Source of the DNA: Folioceros fuciformis
Lineage: Eukaryota
Direction of reading: 5' to 3'
DNA: 34,039 nucleotides
Assembly: GCA_049999805.1 (NCBI GenBank)
Contig: JBNGIO010005966.1
Span: 1 to 34,039 of the forward strand
The position numbers and the translations under genes were made by a program. This document shows, piece by piece, positions 11,155 through 19,233 of the stretch (position 1 is its first letter; each line of letters opens with the position of its first letter). The notes under the pieces are model-generated. The model saw only the letters and a list, made by a program, of their open reading frames with translations. It was not told where the DNA came from and did no database searches.

Positions 11155-11397
11155 TGTAGGGTTATTAAAGCCCAATGTACTTAGACTAATGTGTTTAGTC
11201 TAAGATTAGTGTCTAGTTAAGTATCATTTGTTTAGATTAGCTTAAGCTAATCTTTAGGAAGCTTCTTGTGAAGCTTCCTTGGGAGCTCTTCTAGAGGGTA
11301 TAAATACCCTCTTCAGCTCTCTTGCAATAGTGAGTGTGTGAGAGACCTTGCTTTCTCCTCTCCTCCTTCATCATGTGGCCCCCCTAACGATCCTTCA
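11155..11397 (+). repeat. Copia 5' LTR (243 bp), TATA box at 11299-11306
   Basis: TGtagggttattaaagcccaatg...cgatccttCA; homologous to 15951-16257. Confidence 0.93.
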
Positions 11398-11399
11398 AT

Positions 11400-11411
11400 T
11401 GGTATTAGAGC
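11400..11411 (+). promoter_or_regulatory. Primer-binding site (tRNA-iMet type)
   Basis: tggtattagagc, one mismatch to TGGTATCAGAGC, 2 nt after the LTR. Confidence 0.9.
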
Positions 11412-11645
11412 TAGGATTGTGGAGCAAGAGGGTGATGGCTGCAGGTGATGTGGACAAGATGCACAAAGGCGTGAGGAAGGCTCTAGAGTGAGAGCAGCAT
11501 CCCGGGGGCCAGTGTGCGGCAACTCTGCTGCCCGGGGTGCAGGGGTCTCGAGCCCCGTCGTGCTCAGGCCGCGCAGCGTAGGGCGCCAGCCACGGCTCGC
11601 GAGGCGCACGGGACGCTAGGGCCGCTAGGCGCGCCAGGTGTAGAT

Positions 11646-11735
11646 GCGGGCACGGGCGTGGGCGTGGGCACAAGCGTGGGCGTGGGCACGGGCGTGGGCG
11701 TGGGCACGGGCACGGGCGTGGGCACAGGCGCGGGC
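11646..11735 (+). repeat. G-rich hexamer repeat (GGGCGT/GGGCAC)n in copia leader
   Basis: Mirror of 6745-6834. Confidence 0.95.
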
Positions 11736-12104
11736 AGGTGGTGCGGCCGGATCCGGAGCCTGCAGGCATTCGCAAGACGGTCTAATCCGGCTCTCTTGGT
11801 GGTGTGGCCAGATCCAGAGCCGAGGGCGGCTAGATCTCAATCGCAAGACGGGATACTCCAGGTGGGCGACCGAATTATGGCCGCAGACGGTCGGATTAGT
11901 CTCCCAACGCCAGGCAGGCCAGAATCGGGCTTGGGCCCATCATGTCGGCCTGAATTGTGGATAGACTCGTGCAATGGTTTGAGGTCTACAAGTTGTGACA
12001 GCCGATGCAGAACAAGGCGTGATGACCATAAGGATAACTTTCAGAATCTACATTACATTCAGACCATTTGTAACTAGCCTTTGTTTGATTTGCATCAATT
12101 TTGA

Positions 12105-15100
12105 ATGATGACGTCCTCAGAAAACATTATGTTCAATATCGAGAAGCTAGATGGTACTAACTTCCCGTTCTGGAAAGAACAAGTGTATAATGTTCTAGTG
12201 CAGAAAAAGCAGATCAAGCCCATAAAGTTGCTAGGTGTGAACATAACTGTTAGCATAACTCAGGATGAGTGGCATAATCTAGATGAACTTGCTAGATCTA
12301 CCATCATGCTAACATTGTCGAAGTTGGTCTACTTCAATGTGAAAGACAAGACCACAAGTTACGAGCTATGGCAAAAGTTGTGTGACTTGTATGAGAAGCA
12401 AAGTGCGGCTTCTTAGATGTACTGGTTGAAACACAAGGTGGACTTGAAGATGAAGGAAGGGACGAGGATGTCCGATCATATGAATGAGTTCAATACTATT
12501 TTCAGCCAGCTCTCATCTCAAGGTATCTCGTTCCCATATTCCGTGAGAGCTATGTTTCTGTTGGTCACATTACCAGAGAGTTGGGACACCTTTCGTATAG
12601 CTCTGAGTAATTCCGCTCCTGCCAGTGGTCTCACCATTGTAAATGTAGAAGGTAGCCTGTTAACAAAAGAGGTAAACAGAAAGAATATGGAACCTTTGAA
12701 AGGTTGCAACGCCCTCATGGTGAGAAGAAGGTTCACTACAAAGAGGAAGCAAAAGGAGCGAAGCCTTTCCCGTAGCAAATCTCGTAGTCGTAACAATGTT
12801 GAGTGTTACCATTGTCACAAAAAGGGTCACATCAGAAGGGACTACGAGAAGTTCAAGAAGGACAAAGGAAAGGAGAGAAGCATAACGACAACAAGGCAAG
12901 TCCAAGTATCAAGCCTGATGAGATGAATTTTGTTGATGATGGAGATGTTCTTATCTCATCTTCCTTAGATTCTACACAATTGACAGCCGTGGATAGCCAC
13001 TTATTCTCTAATTGGATAATTGACTCTGGAGCATCTTTCCATGTTACTCCGCATAGGAAGTGGTTTAGCACTTATGATGCTACTAGGAAAGGATGTGTTT
13101 GGCTTGGAAATAACTACGCATGCGAGATTGCGGGCGTTGGTGATGTGCAGCTGAGGTTTGACAACGGATCTTCATTCATATTGAAGGATGTTAGGCATGT
13201 TCCGAAGTTGACAAAATGCATGATTAGCGCAGGGCAGTTGGATGACGCTGGCTGTGGCATTGTCAGTTAGGACATGTCTCAAAAAGGAATGAAGATCTTA
13301 TCTCGTTTTGGTTACATCCTTGGTTTTGACTTCTCCGATTTCTCCGTGTGCGAGCACTGTTTGTATGGGAAACAAATGAAATCACCACATGGAGCAAGAG
13401 GTAAACACAAAAGTAAACCTCTTGAATTGGTTCACAGTGACGTTTGTGGACCTATCATAGGCCCACTACATCATTAGGCGGTGCATCCTATTTTGTCACT
13501 TTCATAGATGATTTCTCACGCAAGGTGTGGGTTTATCCTTTGAGGAAAAAGGATAATGTTCTGACAGTGTTTCAAAAATTCGTCACCCTTGTGGAGAATC
13601 AGTCTAGCCTTCGACTAAAGTGTCTAAGGACAGACAATGGTGGAGAGTACGTTTCAAAGGCTTTCTAGTCATTCTGTGATTTCAAGGGAATCAAGAGAGA
13701 ATTGACTGCCCCGTATACTCCTCCCAAGAATGGTGTGGCTGAATGGATGAATAGGACCATCTAGGAGAGGATGCGTAGTTTGTTGTCAAACTTTGGATTG
13801 CCTAACGGATTTTGGGCAGAAGCAGTGTCTACTGCGGTGCATCTTATTAACATATCTCCTAATATGGCTGTGGATGAGCAGGTTCCAGAGGAGCTGTGGT
13901 CTGGAAAGAAGCCGTCTTACAAGCATCTACAAGTGTTTGGCTGCGAGGCATGCTACCATGTTCCAAAGGAGTTTCGGGACAAGTTGGCACCCAAGTCCAG
14001 AAAACGTATTTTTCTTGGCTATGGTGACTCTGGTGAGATGGGATATCGTTTATGGGATCCAGAAGCCAAGAAGGTTGTTCGCAACAATGATGTGTTCTTC
14101 AATGAGAACAAAATGCACAAGAAGCCTACTCCAACTGTGGAGGTGTGACGGGTGGTCTTCCAAGAAGATGGACTTGACCGTCACGGGCGGGTTGAACGTC
14201 TTGATGTGCAGGAACCCATTCCTCCACTTGTAGAAGAAGAGAGAGTGCAACTAGCTCCGGTCGAGGCGCCTGTGCTTCGTAGGTCAGGAAGGATTTCACG
14301 TCCTCCTGATAGGTATGTTGCATCTCTTGATTATGTCATGTTGACGGATTGTGGGGAGCCCTCTTGTTACAAAGAGGCCATGTTAGTGACTCACAAGGTT
14401 AAGTGGGAGAAGGCGATGCAGTCGCAGATGAATTTGCTTCGTAAGAACCAAACTTGGGAGTTGGTTCGGTTGCCTAGGGATAAGAAGGCATTGCCATGCA
14501 AATGGGTGTATAAGATGAAGGTCATACCCCATGATGGCAAACCCAAGTACAAGGCACGATTGGTTGCTAAGGGTTTTAAGCAACAGCAAGGTGTTGACTT
14601 TGATGAGGTTTTCTCACCAGTTGTCAAAATGACCACTTTGCTATGTGTTCTTGCTCTGGTTGCGAGGAATGACATGGAACTTGTCCAGATGGTTGTGAAG
14701 TCAGCATTTTTGCATGGTGATCTCCAGGAAGAGGTATACATGCAGCAACCAGAGGGTTTCATTGAGAAGGGCAAAGAAAATCTGGTGTGCAGGTTAAAGA
14801 AGAGCCTTTATGGTTTGAAACAAGCACCTAGAGAGTGGTATTACAAGTTCCACTCATTCATGCTTTCTCAAGGCTACAAACGTAGCGATGAGGATCATTG
14901 CCTCTATACAAAGCAAGCTAAGGATGGAAGCTTGCTCATTTTGGTCCTTTATGTGGATGATATGCTACTTGCTGGGAATAACAGTGATGAGATTTCAGTG
15001 TTGAAGTCAAAGTTGAATGCTCTCTTTAACATGACAGACTTGGGAGAGGCTAGCCATATTCTTGGCATGCGTATTCGTTGAGATAGACATAAGCGTTTGC

Positions 15101-15903
15101 TTTACTTGTCTCAGACTGAATACATTAAGAGGGTGCTTCAACGTTTCAATATGGAGAAGGGGAAGGTCTTGAGTACTCCGTTACCTCCATATGTGAAACT
15201 TTCGAGCAAGGATTGCCCAAGCTCTGCGGAGGACAAAGCTAAAATGGAGAAGGTTCCATACTCATCAGCTGTAGGGAGTTTGATGTATGCCATGACTACT
15301 ACACGTCCTGACATTGCTTTTGCAGTGGGACCGGTTAGCAGGTTTATGTCAAACCCTGGTAAGAAGCATTGGGAGGCAGTAAAAGAAGTTATGAGGTATT
15401 TAAATGGTACAAAAGCTTTGTGCATATGTTTTGGTAGTAAAAATGCCTATATCGTTGGATATACGGAGGCTAATTATGTAGAGGATATGGACAAAAGAAG
15501 GTCTACATCAAGTCATGTCTTCATGTGCACTGGAGGGGCAATCTCATGATGATCTCGTTTGCAATTGTGCATAATGCTATCTACCACAGAGGCCGAGTAT
15601 GTTGCAACGACTGAGGCTTGCAAGGAAGCCATGTGGCTTGCTCGTTTAGTGGGAGACTTGGGGATCAAGGTTGAGCTGTCAGTGTTGCATTGTGATAGCC
15701 AGAGTGCTATCCAATTGGCAAAGAATCCAGTGTTTCATGCAAAGACCAAACATGTGGAAGTGAAGTATCACTTCATTCGAGAGGTGTTGGAAGACAAGAG
15801 GGTACAGCTTGTCAAAGTTCACACCAATCAGAACCCTGCAAATATTCTTACCAAGGGCTCTCTACGGAGCAATTCGCACAAGCTCGGACACTCATGGGCC
15901 TGA
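12105..15903 (+). pseudogene. Copia gag-pol, disrupted
   Basis: IEKLDGTNFPFWK (gag N-terminus), CYHCHKKGH, WIIDSGAS, VHSDVCGP, LRTDNGGEY, LKKSLYGLKQAPR, YVDDMLL, CDSQSAI, AKTKHVEVKYHFIRE. In-frame stops e.g. 12414, 13666, 14146, 15079, 15547, plus frameshifts. Confidence 0.96.
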
Positions 15904-15939
15904 GGTAGACCACTCTCCTACGAAGGTAAATTGGTCTTT

Positions 15940-15950
15940 AAGTGGGAGGT
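15940..15950 (+). promoter_or_regulatory. Polypurine tract
   Basis: aagtgggaggt immediately before the 3' LTR. Confidence 0.85.
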
Positions 15951-16257
15951 TGTAGGATTATTAAAGCCCAATGTGCTTAGACTAATGTGTTTAGTCTAAG
16001 ATTAATGTCTAATTAAGTATCATTTGTTTAGATTTGCTTAAGCTAATATTTAGGAAGCTTATTGTACAGCTTCCTATGAGCTTCTTGTGCAGCTTTCAAT
16101 GAGCTTCTTGTGAAGCTTCCTTAGGAGCTCTTCTAGAGGGTATAAATACCCTCTTGAGCTCCCTTGCAATATAGAGAGTGACCTTGCTTTCTCCTCTCCT
16201 CCTTCATCATGTGGCTCCCCTCCTCCGTCATCATGTGGCTTCCCTAGCGATGCTTCA
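15951..16257 (+). repeat. Copia 3' LTR (307 bp) with internal duplications
   Basis: TGtaggattattaaagcccaatg...cgatgcttCA; three ~22-bp gagcttcttgtg.agctt units and a duplicated tcctcc.tcatcatgtggct segment. Confidence 0.92.
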
Positions 16258-16774
16258 ACACCTATAATTGAAAACTTCATTTTTAATCTAGAAAACTTTC
16301 TTAAACATATTAACTTAACTGCAGGAGTGTGCTAGTCTACCGACACACCTGCACTTGAAATCTTCATTTCCAATCTAGAAAACTTTCTTAAACATGTTGA
16401 CTTAATTTCAGGGGGTACGCCGGTCTACCGATGCACCTGCACTTGAAAACTTTATTTTCAATCAAGCAAAATTTCTTTAAAACTCACTTAACTCTAGGAG
16501 TGAGCTGGTCTACCAGCACCCCCGTACTTGAAAAACTTCATTTTCAATCAAGAAAACTTTCTTAAACATACTCACTTAACTCCAAGAGTGAGCTGGTCTA
16601 CCGGCGCACTCGCACTTGAAAAACTTCATTTTCAATCAAGAAACTTTCTTAAACATTCTCACTTAATTCCAAGAATGAGTCAGTCTACCGATGCACTCGC
16701 ACTTGAAAACCTCATTTTTAATTAAGAAAATTTTCTTAAACATACTCAATTAACTGCACGAGCACGTCGATCTA
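16258..16774. repeat. Tandem array, ~87-bp unit x ~6
   Basis: ttgaaa recurs at 16268, 16355, 16443, 16528, 16616, 16703. Approximate consensus: gcacttgaaaacttcattttcaatcaagaaaactttcttaaacatactcacttaactccaggagtgagctggtctaccgacgcac. Confidence 0.95.
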
Positions 16775-16926
16775 GATACCTTTGTTTTCTAGAGGACCAT
16801 TTGAGTGACGATGGGTTCACTCATGGGCCCACATGTCTTTCATTAACCAATGTTAAAAGGTATGTGACTAAACACCTACTACAAAGCGCACAACACATCT
16901 AACTATGACTCCCTACCCTATGCTAA

Positions 16927-17026
16927 NNNNNNNNNNNNNNNNNNNNNNNNNNNNNNNNNNNNNNNNNNNNNNNNNNNNNNNNNNNNNNNNNNNNNNNNNN
17001 NNNNNNNNNNNNNNNNNNNNNNNNNN
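16927..17026. other. Assembly gap (100 N)
   Basis: Run of N. Confidence 1.
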
Positions 17027-17039
17027 CCTTCTCATCCAC

Positions 17040-17714
17040 TCATGAATCTTCCACATCTTCCTGATCGGATACAAGCCCCTCCCAAACCTGCTCTAGGGTT
17101 TTTTGTCCCGGCTCCAAGTCTTCGCTCGTCTTTCGACTCCGCCTCTTCGACGTTAGTAACACAACTTGTGCTGGGGAGCTGTCCCTTTCACTAATGCAAA
17201 CCTCCTTAGCCCAAAATTGGGATGGCCCTTGCTGATGCACATCGAATGTCACCTCCTCCTCTACATCTGATAGAACTTCATAGCCATGGATTTTGTGCGG
17301 GATATACACTACGCATCGCTTGTCTCCTTCAATCGCTACGCAGTTTTTACTAGTAAGCAATGCCGCCAACACTGTAGTGCCGCTATCAAAACAAGCATCG
17401 ACAACCCATTCCCCCTCTTTACAGAAGCTGTGGATAAGCCTGTCCAGCAATCCCGGGGGCCTGTGATATGGGCAAGCAACTCGTTTTTCATGAGATAGGT
17501 AAACATGTTTCTTCACCATAGTGTCATGTGCGATGATGGACCTGCCCCTATTGAAGATTCCCTGGTGTTGCCCTGACATCATAGACGTGCGGCCCTTACT
17601 GCTTGGCTCCTCCAGGCACTATGCAACAATTGTGTACTCCACAGTTTCAAAACATCCTTGATCATTTGAAATGTTTGTCTTACCCCGGACAAACGAAAGC
17701 AGACCACCCCTTTG
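17040..17714 (-). pseudogene. Beta-class N4-cytosine/N6-adenine DNA methyltransferase (N6_N4_Mtase family), C-terminal part, probably inactivated
   Basis: CPYHRPPGLLDRLIHSFCKEGEWVVDACFDSGTTVLAALLTSKNCVAIEGD aligns with the family pattern HPTQKP..LL.RLI...S.EGD.VLDPF.GSGTT..AA....RN.IGIE.D (motifs X-I-II). The frame extends upstream across a TAG at 17621-17619 as LSFVRGKTNISNDQGCFETVEYTIVA*. No motif IV (DPPY/SPPY) found. Confidence 0.8.
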
Positions 17715-17727
17715 CTAATTGTAAGTA

Positions 17728-17929
17728 AATGTAATGTTTGGTAGAAGTAAGAGTTGCAGTTCTTGAAATGCTCAAAGGTAAGCTCATGAAGTCAATCATC
17801 ATGTTGTGCACTCCATCACTCACAAATCTTTTTGTGTTGTTTGTTTAGGACTTTAGTGTTGATTATAACTGAATGTAATGTTTGGTAGAGGTAAAAGTTG
17901 TGGTGGTTGCAATGCTCAAGGGAGAGCTC
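17728..17929. repeat. Two diverged 58-bp direct repeats (17728-17785, 17872-17929)
   Basis: aatgtaatgtttggtaga.gtaa.agttg....ttg.aatgctcaa.gg...agctc occurs twice, 144 bp apart. Confidence 0.8.
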
Positions 17930-18755
17930 TCTACCTGTGAGTGCCACTCCATGTTGTCCCCAATATAAATGGTTGCTGTGTAATTGCTTTGCTATGGGTA
18001 TGTGCTGTTGCTCTCAAGAAACTCTTAGGTTGACCATGATGATAGGGCATGACTCGACTGAAGTTCTTGCTTTCGGATGCAAACCCACATCAACAGCCCA
18101 AGAAATAACTTACTAGCTACAAGTTGAACCCGAAAAAGTTGCCTAAGATAGAGTTCAAATAGTTGCCTAAGAGGATGAGGAGAGGATGACTTTGTTTGTA
18201 AAGGAGAGTATGTCTCGTGGTGCTAGAGTAATTGAGATGTGATTGTGGGCATCTCATGTTGCCATTGGTGAAACCAATCCGTGGATAATGGTCTGTAATT
18301 GTTTATTGCCATTGTAGGGCAACATGATGTTGAATTCGGAGCTACACGGAAGGCATTGTGGCAAGAGTATGCAGCTCAAACCTAGTCGACAGCAGCGATC
18401 TCATAGTAGGAAACATGATGTTACATGAATGATCATGTGCAAGCATTCGACTGTGCATGAATGAGCATGGCATAATACAAGCAAGATAAATCTTGATGAC
18501 ACGTACCTCCCTTCCTTCCTTGCTTAGAGGAGCAAATAATCAAGCACGCAATCTCCAAGATACGAAGAGGAGGATTCATTCCATCAAAGCTGAAACGAGA
18601 TTCGCAACTCTACTGATTTATCGCATACAAAAATTCCCCTACATAAAATCGTTTCAAAATTCAGCTAAATATTAAGGTTCAACCTCTATTGTATGACAAA
18701 TGTGGTATTTGTACATAACACGAAGTCCAAACATGCGTTTCTGAGAAGGGCACCC

Positions 18756-18855
18756 NNNNNNNNNNNNNNNNNNNNNNNNNNNNNNNNNNNNNNNNNNNNN
18801 NNNNNNNNNNNNNNNNNNNNNNNNNNNNNNNNNNNNNNNNNNNNNNNNNNNNNNN
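18756..18855. other. Assembly gap (100 N)
   Basis: Run of N. Confidence 1.
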
Positions 18856-19233
18856 TCTCATCATTCCGGAAATTCGGCACATCTTGAAGCGTCTCATGGC
18901 GTCCAGACCTTGATGGACTCTCTCCACGGGGTCCTTCCGAACAAAGTGCCGCCGTCATCCCCGACGCCACGGTGGAACGCAGCGTTTCAATAATAATTTC
19001 AACTAGCTATTCGCCATCCTTTCCCGTCCTCTGGGGCAAACACAACCTCGATACAGGAGATGCTGCGCGGTGGAGGACGGACGTTCGGCTTGCATCTCCA
19101 CCAACAGATGCATAACTATAACAAGGCTGCAGCCAATCAGCCTGTTGCGACAGGAACATCAATTTGCTACCTCACAACAGTCGAAAGTAGAATTGAGGCA
19201 ATTCTGCACTTTTCTCAATTGCACTCGTTTGAA

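Larger units (their letters stand above)
9637..15900 (+). repeat. Right arm of large inverted repeat (6264 bp)
   Basis: Reverse complement of 2580-8843; begins tacacttctgcatgatattaggt. Confidence 0.97.
11155..16257 (+). mobile_element. Degenerate Ty1/copia LTR retrotransposon (Tnt1-like), right copy with both LTRs
   Basis: 5' LTR 11155-11397, PBS 11400-11411, gag-pol remnants in copia order (IN before RT), PPT 15940-15950, 3' LTR 15951-16257. No matching TSD (aatga vs acacc). Confidence 0.96.

Noticed and set aside
2580-15900. Arms as giant terminal inverted repeats of one foldback/DNA transposon
   Set aside because: Outer ends fall inside copia pol sequence with no TSD or transposase; a rearrangement or assembly artefact explains it better.
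16258-16774. CRISPR-like array
   Set aside because: Whole units are homologous with no unique spacers; eukaryotic context and no cas genes.
18565-18576. Minus-strand NPPL as the missing methyltransferase motif IV
   Set aside because: Lacks the aromatic fourth residue and the preceding hydrophobic strand; no credible splice path to 17714.
17027-18755. Simple bacterial contamination as the source of the methyltransferase
   Set aside because: The contig has low coding density, stops, diverged direct repeats and no operon structure, which is unlike a bacterial genome. Not fully excluded without read data.
18679-18970. ORFs spanning the second gap
   Set aside because: Open only because of the N run; the short flanking peptide is unrecognisable.
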